Below, piece after piece: positions 7,766-16,805 of a DNA stretch of 64,000 nucleotides. The translations under genes and the position numbers were made by a program. The stretch lies in the sequence record MN445185.1. The stretch is one strand, 5' to 3'. Under the pieces are notes generated by a model that was not told the DNA's origin, ran no database searches, and worked only from the letters and a program-made list of their open reading frames with translations. The stretch's first letter is position 1. Every line of letters begins with the position of its first letter.

Positions 7766-7779
7766 CATAGATATTATCT
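7766..7779 (+). promoter_or_regulatory. Putative early promoter motif
   Basis: CATAGATATTATCT upstream of the 7810-11828 gene cluster. Confidence 0.6.
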
Positions 7780-7809
7780 TCGTGAATTATCCTTAAGGAG
7801 CATTTCTCG

Positions 7810-8130
7810 ATGACGCGCATGTTCTTTAATTTCTCTCCAGGGACAAATGAACAGATTGTGCCTGCGGACATGTTACTGTGCGCGATACAAGAAGTTATTT
7901 ATCCCGGCACGCATGAGTTTCCACGTGAGTGGACACGCATTGCCGAAAGTTATTTTGGCACGGAAGCGTGGTTTGTTATTTCGGCGTTGGGCCGAAACCA
8001 TCGCTATCCCTTTCATTACAAAAATGGAGTTGTGCAAACGTGGTCAGAATATACCTCGAACCAGCTGCGGTTCATTCTAGCTTCTGGGGGCCTGTCGATG
8101 CTTCCCAGTACGCTACCGCTCTGCGGATGA
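7810..8130 (+). CDS. Hypothetical protein
   Basis: 106 aa, SD TAAGGAG. Confidence 0.8.
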   Translation: MTRMFFNFSPGTNEQIVPADMLLCAIQEVIYPGTHEFPREWTRIAESYFGTEAWFVISALGRNHRYPFHYKNGVVQTWSEYTSNQLRFILASGGLSMLPSTLPLCG

Positions 8131-8690
8131 GCCAAAAAGAACGCGAGATGTTAACTGTACAACTGTTACACACTGCGCTCGAAGATATCTTTTACTCCGT
8201 TCCGGAAATGCCTAATGCACGTATGGAACCTTTGCTGGAACCTTATACTGACGCTTTTAATCTCACGATGATGTTGGTGGCTGACCAGATCATACTTCCA
8301 CCGAAAACAGTTCCTGTGGAACGTACACACGTTTCCAGTGGCGGTTTGGGTGCCCCGGTTAATAAGACGAAAGAGACCGTAGCGATTTTACGTTCTACCG
8401 AATATCTTATCGGATTGGCATTCGAAGACTGTTACAACAGTTTCCTGGACAGTATCCATGCACTTGTGGAGAATGCTGTGAAGGCCGCCAAACACCCGTT
8501 TAATCGTTATGCGACGATTAAACTGGAACCACACATAACCCGTCGTGGGCAGGTGCAATCTCTGGAGTTACAAATTGGAGAAGACATCAGATTCATCCAC
8601 TACCGCCAATGCTTCCCAAACAAACGATATCGTCCGTCTGGTACTGATCGATCACATCGCCTCGACGGCATACGTCAGGATATTGAATGA
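8127..8690 (+). CDS. Hypothetical protein
   Basis: ORF 7929-8690; ATGA-coupled start at 8127. Confidence 0.75.
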   Translation: MSQKEREMLTVQLLHTALEDIFYSVPEMPNARMEPLLEPYTDAFNLTMMLVADQIILPPKTVPVERTHVSSGGLGAPVNKTKETVAILRSTEYLIGLAFEDCYNSFLDSIHALVENAVKAAKHPFNRYATIKLEPHITRRGQVQSLELQIGEDIRFIHYRQCFPNKRYRPSGTDRSHRLDGIRQDIE

Positions 8691-9012
8691 CCCCAGCGAC
8701 ATCATGTTCAGCATGTATGATGTTAATACGGGGTTGAAGCATATCATTCTCTGTATGCTCGAATACATGATTCCGACATTTACAGAACACGGTACGTGGG
8801 ACGTAGAAACAGTCTCACTGATTGTTAGGTGTTATCGTCCCAGAAGTCATTCGCGGGAAATCCACACCATCGCGTCACACGTTCATCGTGCTATCTGTGA
8901 GGAAATGGGCATTCCTCCAAAAGGGTATCGGTATCATTATAATCAAGCAGACAGAATTCTCCGTTTCATTCCACGTAAGGTAACAGATGTCTATGATGAC
9001 GGTTTATACTGA
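8575..9012 (+). CDS. Hypothetical protein, start uncertain (TTG 8575 or ATG 8704)
   Basis: Frame open 8545-9012; GGAG 7 nt before TTG 8575. Confidence 0.65.
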   Translation: MEKTSDSSTTANASQTNDIVRLVLIDHIASTAYVRILNDPSDIMFSMYDVNTGLKHIILCMLEYMIPTFTEHGTWDVETVSLIVRCYRPRSHSREIHTIASHVHRAICEEMGIPPKGYRYHYNQADRILRFIPRKVTDVYDDGLY

Positions 9013-9394
9013 GTTCGTGCGATTGACTTGCCGACTCACCGCACTCGTCAAAGAGAATCTCGGCATCGATTACCAGGATGCTGCGGTAGAGCTTGACGAC
9101 TATATCGAGCAAATTGTTCGGTTGCATGTTCTGCGGAAAAAATATGGCGTTATCGATAGCATGATACGTCAGTTCTTTATGGAGTATGTTCACGATAACC
9201 CAATCATTACCCCAACCACGTCGGCAAAATACTGGGCTCTTTGTCGATTTGAGTTGTTGATACGGGACACCGATTGCATCTGGCAAGCAATCGACGAGGA
9301 CATGACTTTTTTACCACAATCCGACTTTCTCCTCTGGCATGTAGGAGACGGTGTCTGGAAAATGTTAACTACAGGGGTTACTTACAATGATTGA
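8987..9394 (+). CDS. Hypothetical protein
   Basis: 135-aa ORF in tightly packed cluster. Confidence 0.8.
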   Translation: MSMMTVYTEFVRLTCRLTALVKENLGIDYQDAAVELDDYIEQIVRLHVLRKKYGVIDSMIRQFFMEYVHDNPIITPTTSAKYWALCRFELLIRDTDCIWQAIDEDMTFLPQSDFLLWHVGDGVWKMLTTGVTYND

Positions 9395-9896
9395 GCGATC
9401 TCATTTTTATATCCCAGGCTATCAGTTATTGGCTGGGCCGTTAACGGAGTTTTCGCCAAACGATGTGCTCCGCGAAGTGAATGACGATTTGAACTCGATA
9501 ATCAATACCGCCATGAGCTTCGTGGAACGTGGAACCATTGGTAGTGAGTTAAAGTTTATGATGAACAATACCTTTGGGTTTGTTTCTCGTACACTGAATG
9601 CGCACGGCGTTGTGTTGGAAAATGAGCAAGTAATCACTTACGGCACCGCAATTCAAAACATCGGTCGTGCGTATATGACCGCCGTATCGCAGTCTCCTTA
9701 TTGGTTTACTCACTACGGTCGTTGGGTCGGTGCACAATACACAACGCGCAATCCGGCGGATGTCGAATTCTTATTAGACTATAACGGTGGTGATAAATTC
9801 CCACAGTTTGCCAGCCAGGAAGCGTACGAGCGAATCACCCCACAACTTCTGCCTGTTATCGATTTGCTTATCGGTAATCTCGGAGGTCGTGTATGA
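9387..9896 (+). CDS. Hypothetical protein
   Basis: 169-aa ORF overlapping its neighbours. Confidence 0.8.
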   Translation: MIERSHFYIPGYQLLAGPLTEFSPNDVLREVNDDLNSIINTAMSFVERGTIGSELKFMMNNTFGFVSRTLNAHGVVLENEQVITYGTAIQNIGRAYMTAVSQSPYWFTHYGRWVGAQYTTRNPADVEFLLDYNGGDKFPQFASQEAYERITPQLLPVIDLLIGNLGGRV

Positions 9897-10381
9897 GCGT
9901 TCTGTTTGATGTGGCGGATATTGCGAACCAATATAGCGCGACTCGGTTTTACGAGCATGTTCGTGAAGCGGCATTGCGTGTACTGGAAGCCAGTAACCTG
10001 GAGATCGATGAAACACAGATACGTGATTTTTATCAACGTTTTGCGTTTGCATATATCATCGGTGTGAAAACTCGTGACCCTTCGACGATGGTTGATTTGT
10101 TACAGGAAGACACGCTTGAACCTCTGGGCAATTGGGAGTTGGTGTCCGATGGTCTGTCCGTTGACCAGTTCGCTAAGGAAACGTCTGTCGATACGACGTT
10201 TCTGGCAGCACAAGGTTCGCCCGAACAACATCAAGCCGCCTTCGGCGCTGCGGTAAGTTTGCTGGCCGAAGAGTTAACAAACTTAACTGGTTTTGCTGGA
10301 CTGATAGAGTCGCTGTATCCGGGGCGATATCAAACGTATGTAGGTGATAGTTTTAACGATGTGGTGTTAATCTGCGAATGA
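9893..10381 (+). CDS. Hypothetical protein
   Basis: 162 aa, SD GGAGGT, ATGA coupling. Confidence 0.85.
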   Translation: MSVLFDVADIANQYSATRFYEHVREAALRVLEASNLEIDETQIRDFYQRFAFAYIIGVKTRDPSTMVDLLQEDTLEPLGNWELVSDGLSVDQFAKETSVDTTFLAAQGSPEQHQAAFGAAVSLLAEELTNLTGFAGLIESLYPGRYQTYVGDSFNDVVLICE

Positions 10382-10809
10382 AACTGTACATGACCATAGG
10401 CGAAGTCTTCAAATATGAGTCGTTGTTGGCACGGGCCGAGATTGCTGATACTAGCGAGATCGAGCCCGCTGTCGCTTATTTGTTTCTGGCCAGTTACGCC
10501 GAATTAACGGTTCGTTCTATTGTTAATGGGCTAGGTAAGGGTAAGAACTTTCTTACTTTTATTCCCCCAGACCCTGCGTTGATACTGGAACAGTTGAGCG
10601 GGATGTGGGGTACTGAAAAGGTGCTGCCTCTAAACTGCTACAGCATGAGCAGTGGGATTAAGGATGATGTTCGGTTCTATGAAATCCTTTCCGTGATAGA
10701 ACGTGTGTGGGGCATGGCTGGCTTGACTCCAGAAGACGGAGCAAAAAAGACAAAGGTTTCACTCCTTATGAATGAAATTGGCAACGCACTCATCTGTGTT
10801 GAATGTTAA
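10378..10809 (+). CDS. Hypothetical protein
   Basis: 143 aa, ATGA coupling. Confidence 0.8.
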   Translation: MKLYMTIGEVFKYESLLARAEIADTSEIEPAVAYLFLASYAELTVRSIVNGLGKGKNFLTFIPPDPALILEQLSGMWGTEKVLPLNCYSMSSGIKDDVRFYEILSVIERVWGMAGLTPEDGAKKTKVSLLMNEIGNALICVEC

Positions 10810-10818
10810 GGAGTACGA

Positions 10819-11418
10819 ATGATCTACAAGGTGATCGCCAACCACTTGATTAATGTGGACTTGGGGGTCGTGGGGTATCTTCCGGACGGTATGCGGTTTT
10901 TGGATTTGGTGGTTGACACCGTAGTCCGCCTACCGCGTATCACCGTGGAGATACCCGTAAAAGAATTGGACCAGGACGAGATGCACGAACTTATACGTGA
11001 AACGCTGACCAGCTACACGTACGAGTTTCGTTGCATGTTACCTCGCACCGACCTTACGTTCTTGCACGACTTCTTTACGTTACTGACTGACGAGTACCGT
11101 CGGTGGAAGTTTAATGTTGCAATGGAAGCCAGCACTGAATCACATTTTAACGGGCTGACACCATTGTTAGATTTAGCGTTGATGTACAAAGAGCAAGACA
11201 GCTCACACTGGGCCACGCTCAAGCACTATACGTTGGATCTAATGGCGACCGCCGTAACGGAGGCAGTTATGGTGCATTATGTTGAGCCGGTGAAGATGTT
11301 CTTAGAGGCGCATAATGGCGCTATCCGTACGTTGGTTCTCAAGGTGGACTTCCCGAAAACACCAGTGACCAATGCTTTGGATATGAGGCTGCTTATTGAT
11401 GTTCCTGAGGAGGAATAA
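10819..11418 (+). CDS. Hypothetical protein
   Basis: 199 aa, SD TAAGGAG. Confidence 0.85.
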   Translation: MIYKVIANHLINVDLGVVGYLPDGMRFLDLVVDTVVRLPRITVEIPVKELDQDEMHELIRETLTSYTYEFRCMLPRTDLTFLHDFFTLLTDEYRRWKFNVAMEASTESHFNGLTPLLDLALMYKEQDSSHWATLKHYTLDLMATAVTEAVMVHYVEPVKMFLEAHNGAIRTLVLKVDFPKTPVTNALDMRLLIDVPEEE

Positions 11419-11828
11419 TGTTCGATTTACGCACACTGGTCGCTGGGCAAAAAGTTAACATTGTTTACGACACCCCTTTGAAAGGGCAAGAGACGCGTGT
11501 AATTATTCTGGCAACCGGCGTTGGCTATGAAATGGCCAAAAGCTATATGGATGTGATGGCGGAGCAGAAGAATATCTACTCATCCATCGTCTCTCAGCCA
11601 GAAGATAACGTGAACAAATACACGTATCTGATTTTCAAAGGTGTTGACGGCAAACCCAAAGTCGCTGCCGATGCCTGGATTCGTGATGTTCAGATTATCG
11701 AAAACACGAAGGTGCGTTTCACCGTCACTCTGGATAACAAACAGGAGATTGACGACCTTAAACGCGCCCTGGCTGCCAATGGTTTCAATGATGTCGATTT
11801 TGAAATCGTTGAGAGCATTGCCGGTTAA
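11418..11828 (+). CDS. Conserved hypothetical protein upstream of DNA polymerase
   Basis: 136 aa, SD GAGGAGG, TAATG coupling, host-like codon bias. Confidence 0.85.
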   Translation: MFDLRTLVAGQKVNIVYDTPLKGQETRVIILATGVGYEMAKSYMDVMAEQKNIYSSIVSQPEDNVNKYTYLIFKGVDGKPKVAADAWIRDVQIIENTKVRFTVTLDNKQEIDDLKRALAANGFNDVDFEIVESIAG

Positions 11829-11830
11829 AG

Positions 11831-11872
11831 TAATCCCACTCTTCGGAGTGGGTTATTTTTTTTTCTTTTTTC
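11831..11872 (+). terminator. Intrinsic terminator
   Basis: TAATCCCACTC-TTCG-GAGTGGGTTA followed by T tract. Confidence 0.9.
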
Positions 11873-11919
11873 ACGTATCCCGCAAGTCTTATAGCTGAGT
11901 AAAAACCAAGGGGCCAGAC

Positions 11920-14211
11920 GTGGACTACAATTCACCATTTCGTCTTAGTCAAGACGAGTATCATCGCGACATTGACGTTATCGATGCGTACTACGAACAA
12001 CTGGCGCTCTACATTCATACCGTCACCAACGGGAAATATTCTTTGGAGTTCTGTCGACAGCAGGTCGAAGAAATGTTCCAACCTGGTGGTGAGTTAGTAC
12101 ACGAATTCCCCGTGTGTAAGATGTGGGTGCGCAATCAAAAGACCGGCGATCGCGAAGAAAAATACACCACGGTAGATAAACTGTTCCGTACAGTGATTGA
12201 TAAGCAGATTATTTCTGCACCGTCGCTGACCTTTTATCTGCCTGAGCACGTCAAGCGCTCTAAGCTTGCTGAATTTACCGCAGAGAACGTGCGTAAGCGT
12301 GCGGTTGTTAAGAAAGAGATGTACGCAGCAGGTGCTGCGGGTAATGAAGTTCTGCGTATTAACAAAAAGAACGAACAGAACGCTGTTAAGACGTTGAACA
12401 ACGGGATGTCGGGTGCATTCTCATCACCGTACACGGTAATCTTTAACCAGTCTTCGCACTCTGTATTGACGTCAACCTGCCGTACGGCTACATCGTTCGG
12501 TAACGCGGGCAACGAACGTCTACTGGGCGGTAATCGTCACTACGACACGCCGTCCCGTGTTATCGACCACTTACTGTCTATTGGTACACTGACTAACTTT
12601 GCTGAGTTCAAGAAGTGTATGGAACTCTATAACCTCCACTACCCAACAGTGGACGAGGTTATGGAAGTGGTTATGTACTCTGCAGAGTTTTACTTCCGTA
12701 ACGACGAAGGGCTGGAGTTCATTCGTCACTACGTCGGTAATTGTAGCCCGCTGGTACGTGCAGCGTTTGTCTACATGGGTGACTTCTACCACCTGGCGAA
12801 ATACAACGATGAATTCATGCGTGGGTTTATCGGTGCGCTGATTGCCGAGGAGATGGAAGACGAGATCACCGATTGGGATGCTGCTGAGCGCTCTATCGAC
12901 GGTGACATGCAGATCATTATCTCGCAGTTCCGTACTGATATCGTGCCGTTAGGTAAGTCGTTCTCTGACGTTAAACTCAAAGACGAAAACACGAACAAAG
13001 CGGAACCGTGGGATAAGCAGGAAAAATACAAAGAGCTGATTCGCTCAGCTGTGTATCTGCAGAAAACCATCGGTAAGTACGCGTGCTTGATTCGTAATAT
13101 CCTGACTACCAAAAACCTGCCGATTAACATTGCCAGGATGCCTGACGTGGTTCGTCGTGTCGGTGTGGTATCTGATACCGACTCCACGATGATGACTGCA
13201 CAGTGGTGGGCACAGTGGTATACCGGTCAACATTACGGTCGTGAAGCTACGCGCGTATCGGATGCGATGATTTATATTGCAACCCAGCACTTACGTCATC
13301 TGATGGCGAGCATGTCGGCGAACATTGGCGTGGCGAAAGAGCGTTTGTTCTTGTACGCAATGAAGAACGAATTTAAGTTCGACTCCTTTGCGTTAACCAC
13401 AAAAGCAAAACACTACTTCTCCATCATCACTGGTCAGGAAGGACAATTGAAGTCCGACCCTGAGTTAGAAGTTAAAGGTGTGTCTTTACGTACGTCAAAC
13501 ATACCGCCTGTGGTCATGAAAGAGTTCAAACGCACGATTAAAGAACTCTGTGAGATTGTAGCGCGCGGCGATAAGATTAAGATTCTGCCTCTGCTGGAAA
13601 AGGTTGCTGCAATTGAGCACGTTGTGGTGGACTCTATTCGTGCTGGTAAAGCAGGCTACCTGAAAACAACCAACGTCAAAGACCGTAGTGCGTACTCTGA
13701 AGATGATGAAAAGAGCTACCACTACCACCGCATGTACAACGCCATCTTTGGACCGAAGTACGGCTACCTGGACGAACCGCCTTATGATGCCGTGAAGCTT
13801 CCGGTAAACCTGGAGAACAAAACAGCCGTTAAAGAGTGGCTGGAAAACATTAAAGACCCGATGATTAAGACCACCGCAACACGGTGGTTCGAAGAAAACA
13901 ACTATCGTACCTATCGTACTCTGATACTGCCAGAGTTCCTGGTGGAAAACTTCGGTATTCCGCCGGAGCTGATTGATGCTGCAGACACACGTCGAAGCGC
14001 ATTCTCCACAGTAGAACCTTACTATCACATTCTGGAATGTCTGGGTGTGTTCATGATGGACAAGAACAGAACTCGTCTGCTTTCGGATTACTACGGCGAA
14101 TCTGTAGACTCGGTCAAGGAAGAATTAGGTAGCGGTGAGTACGTTAAGAAATCTGAACGTGATGGAGAGGAAGAAGATGGGGAAGAAGATGGGGAAGAAG
14201 CGGAGGAGTAA
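11920..14211 (+). CDS. Family B DNA polymerase, polymerase-domain subunit (phiKZ gp50-like)
   Basis: Motif B EQNAVKTLNNGMSG, motif C VSDTDS, and KAKHY; lacks motif A and exonuclease, which are in 43654-45438; acidic tail. Confidence 0.92.
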   Translation: MDYNSPFRLSQDEYHRDIDVIDAYYEQLALYIHTVTNGKYSLEFCRQQVEEMFQPGGELVHEFPVCKMWVRNQKTGDREEKYTTVDKLFRTVIDKQIISAPSLTFYLPEHVKRSKLAEFTAENVRKRAVVKKEMYAAGAAGNEVLRINKKNEQNAVKTLNNGMSGAFSSPYTVIFNQSSHSVLTSTCRTATSFGNAGNERLLGGNRHYDTPSRVIDHLLSIGTLTNFAEFKKCMELYNLHYPTVDEVMEVVMYSAEFYFRNDEGLEFIRHYVGNCSPLVRAAFVYMGDFYHLAKYNDEFMRGFIGALIAEEMEDEITDWDAAERSIDGDMQIIISQFRTDIVPLGKSFSDVKLKDENTNKAEPWDKQEKYKELIRSAVYLQKTIGKYACLIRNILTTKNLPINIARMPDVVRRVGVVSDTDSTMMTAQWWAQWYTGQHYGREATRVSDAMIYIATQHLRHLMASMSANIGVAKERLFLYAMKNEFKFDSFALTTKAKHYFSIITGQEGQLKSDPELEVKGVSLRTSNIPPVVMKEFKRTIKELCEIVARGDKIKILPLLEKVAAIEHVVVDSIRAGKAGYLKTTNVKDRSAYSEDDEKSYHYHRMYNAIFGPKYGYLDEPPYDAVKLPVNLENKTAVKEWLENIKDPMIKTTATRWFEENNYRTYRTLILPEFLVENFGIPPELIDAADTRRSAFSTVEPYYHILECLGVFMMDKNRTRLLSDYYGESVDSVKEELGSGEYVKKSERDGEEEDGEEDGEEAEE

Positions 14212-14315
14212 GAATAAGTCACGATCGTGTGTACCACAAACAATAACCTTTACGTGGGTGGACCCAGCACCGGTACCGACGGCGTTACTCAATCTTTGGT
14301 TATCTTATCTAAAGG

Positions 14316-14597
14316 ATGAACATTGTGTCGAAACGAAACAGTAAAGCAAATAACTGGGGCTGGCGACAGCTCTATTTGCACAGCCAGCCTAACCTGGTAC
14401 GGCAGCATGTGTTGTCTTTGCCAACGCAGTTTCAAACACTGGCATCGTGTGAAGGTTCAGTGTCGCCACGCGACGATCGTTGGAAAACCATGAAACCGGT
14501 TGTGTCTATTGACAAGCAATTTGACAATCCTCTCGACGGTTGGTTTGCAGCAATAGGCGGTTTAAACGTGCTGGTGGAAGGGTATGTATCGAAATAG
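14316..14597 (+). CDS. Hypothetical protein
   Basis: 93 aa, SD AAGGA. Confidence 0.55.
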   Translation: MNIVSKRNSKANNWGWRQLYLHSQPNLVRQHVLSLPTQFQTLASCEGSVSPRDDRWKTMKPVVSIDKQFDNPLDGWFAAIGGLNVLVEGYVSK

Positions 14598-14781
14598 CGG
14601 GAAGTCCACAGAGATGATAACCGCAATCCGTCGCGACCTCGAAGAACGGGGTTGCGTGGATATTGAGTTACATCAGGCAGGCGAAACGGTGCATATCACG
14701 GCATTGGATGCCAAACGGAAACGTAGTATCACTGTGTGGGGTAAACCGTACGCAAGTGATTTCATGGAGACGATAAAATGA
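14584..14781 (+). CDS. Hypothetical protein
   Basis: 65 aa, coupled to next gene by ATGA. Confidence 0.55.
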   Translation: MYRNSGKSTEMITAIRRDLEERGCVDIELHQAGETVHITALDAKRKRSITVWGKPYASDFMETIK

Positions 14782-15449
14782 GTGATGAACAAGATTTGAA
14801 GTTACCAATGTCAATACCCGAATTGACTTATCTCACCGTCAACCGAGACGATCTCATTAATCAAGTAAGCAAACGCGTAGAGAAAGCCTTTGCTCAGAGT
14901 GGTTATAGTGAAGCGATTCGTAATTTCCGTACACCACTGGCACAATCAGTTACACAACCGCATGGTAAAGGCACTCAGTTATTAGTCGCTGTTCACCCGA
15001 CCTCACCTCTGGCAAAACAGCTGCTTACTGAAATGAACTGGCACTATAAGTGTGTTGAAGAAGTTCAGTCAGCTAATATCGAATGGGCTATGTCGCACAA
15101 GTCTCGCGAAGTGGCGTTAGTCGAATACCTGCGAAAACTACCTTGGGTTGGTGATTCTGCTGTTCTCCGCGATGGCGTAGGTGGGCCGGAAGTCTGGTCA
15201 CCTAATGCGGTGATTGATGTCGATTTCGTGGTTATCGATCCGGGTAGCAATACGCATGTCGTTCGTTTTACGGATGCGAATGTCGCTTCTGTGTGTAAAC
15301 AGTTGGGTATTGCCTACTATCAATGCGGGAAGAAAAAGAAGTCGTCGAGTGTTGAAATTGAGGTGGCGTTTACTGCGGTACAAACCCTAGATCCCGCTGC
15401 GGTTGAACATGCTTTAAACTTCCTCAAGAACCACCCAGACAGCAAATAA
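14778..15449 (+). CDS. Hypothetical protein
   Basis: 223 aa, SD GGAG. Confidence 0.85.
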   Translation: MSDEQDLKLPMSIPELTYLTVNRDDLINQVSKRVEKAFAQSGYSEAIRNFRTPLAQSVTQPHGKGTQLLVAVHPTSPLAKQLLTEMNWHYKCVEEVQSANIEWAMSHKSREVALVEYLRKLPWVGDSAVLRDGVGGPEVWSPNAVIDVDFVVIDPGSNTHVVRFTDANVASVCKQLGIAYYQCGKKKKSSSVEIEVAFTAVQTLDPAAVEHALNFLKNHPDSK

Positions 15450-15482
15450 AAAAAGAACTACACACCGAAGTGTGTAGTTTTT
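15448..15482. terminator. Bidirectional terminator
   Basis: AACTACACAC-CGAA-GTGTGTAGTT (TTCG loop on minus strand) with A and T tracts. Confidence 0.85.
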
Positions 15483-15531
15483 GTATATAGTATGAATACT
15501 CGAAAGAGTGTTCGCGAGGAGAGAGTAAGTC

Positions 15532-16599
15532 TTATTTTTCTTCTAGCTCTGTCGTCAACGGGATAATCAAATCCCGTTGGATAAAGTTATAGAAGGATTT
15601 GGTCAAACGTGTGAGGACTTTAGAGTCCACATAACGCGCCAAATCAACCAACATCGTACGTTTATGCTTTTCCATATTCCCCTGGTTGTATTGAAGACAA
15701 AACAGTGCCCAGTACCAGTTCACCATGTTCTGGTGCCAGGTGTTCTGCAGTGTTTGACCTGGTTCTCGAAAGACAATCAGTTCCAGTGCTGTGTGGCCTT
15801 CTTCATCAGGGTGTTGGAAGAACAATGGGATGTTGTTTAAGACTTGTCCCGGTAACGGGTTGGCAGCCAGTAGTTTACTACGGATGCCTTTTGCGTGCTT
15901 CACAGCTAAAGCTTGAAGCGGTGGAACAGGAATGACACGTAATGTTTCATCCGGTTCAATCTCTTTCCCAAAGGCTATCGCACGATGTATATTTACAAAG
16001 GCGATATCCATGTAGCTCGGCAACATGCGAGAGATCACATGTCGTTGGAGATACACAGGTGTGGCAATAGGTTCGGTACCGCGACTGTAGTGCTGCTGAC
16101 CTTTGACATATTGCCAAAGCAAAGCAACCAGGTTGATTTCGATCACCGTAACACCTCGGGGCCGTCCGTCACCGAACTTCCAATTGAGGTTGGTATACTC
16201 ATGGTAGAGGTAACGGGCGGGGGTGTAGTCGCGGAACGAAAGGTCTGGATTTACTGGGCGGGCTACGAGAGAGATTACCTCATCTTGGCCCTGGATAAAC
16301 TTGCTATTAAAGATTTGACCGTACTCACCAACAGACGTCAAGCGTAAGGCGTTACCGATCTGAACAAGTTTGCGACGGCAAGCCCATTCGATGTCTTCGT
16401 ACTCTGGTTCACCGGCATAGCCGATGGCAGACAACACCTGTTGCAACAAATGGCCATTACCAGCACTGCGATTAAGCTGTTCGAAGTAGTTGCGTATACG
16501 CTGGCTGTTGTTTTTTACGTGAGCCGCTAATGTTATAGCGGAGGGGTCCGTGCTGTGACCCTTTATGGCCACTTGGTTTAACTCGGCTTGGCTGAACAT
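15532..16599 (-). CDS. Conserved protein divergent from chmA, probably virion (SPN3US gp21 position)
   Basis: ORF 15532-16620; ATG 16599 follows AAGGAG; TATG motif at 16623-16620. Confidence 0.85.
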   Translation of the reverse strand: MFSQAELNQVAIKGHSTDPSAITLAAHVKNNSQRIRNYFEQLNRSAGNGHLLQQVLSAIGYAGEPEYEDIEWACRRKLVQIGNALRLTSVGEYGQIFNSKFIQGQDEVISLVARPVNPDLSFRDYTPARYLYHEYTNLNWKFGDGRPRGVTVIEINLVALLWQYVKGQQHYSRGTEPIATPVYLQRHVISRMLPSYMDIAFVNIHRAIAFGKEIEPDETLRVIPVPPLQALAVKHAKGIRSKLLAANPLPGQVLNNIPLFFQHPDEEGHTALELIVFREPGQTLQNTWHQNMVNWYWALFCLQYNQGNMEKHKRTMLVDLARYVDSKVLTRLTKSFYNFIQRDLIIPLTTELEEK

Positions 16600-16651
16600 G
16601 GCAGACTCCTTAGATTCCACATAGGAAGTCAGTCACAGTCAAAAATATCTC

Positions 16652-16666
16652 AGATTGATATTATCT
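16652..16666 (+). promoter_or_regulatory. Putative early promoter motif (chmA P1)
   Basis: AGATTGATATTATCT. Confidence 0.55.
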
Positions 16667-16746
16667 ATGTGACAGTTCCTGAGAAATGTCTGGACTATGT
16701 GCCTTGTAAGTAAGCGACGGCATACTTGCATTCCATGGAATTACAG

Positions 16747-16759
16747 GCAGATATTATCT
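16747..16759 (+). promoter_or_regulatory. Putative early promoter motif (chmA P2)
   Basis: GCAGATATTATCT, 47 nt upstream of ATG. Confidence 0.55.
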
Positions 16760-16805
16760 CTGCGAACCGAACTATGATTGCAATCACTATTAAGGAATAT
16801 TTAAA

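Noticed and set aside
8612-8650. C CCA AAC slippery heptamer
   Set aside because: The -1 frame hits TGA within about 10 codons, and the downstream gene is in the +1 frame
14161-14211. GATGGGGAAGAA tandem repeat
   Set aside because: Simply encodes the acidic polymerase tail
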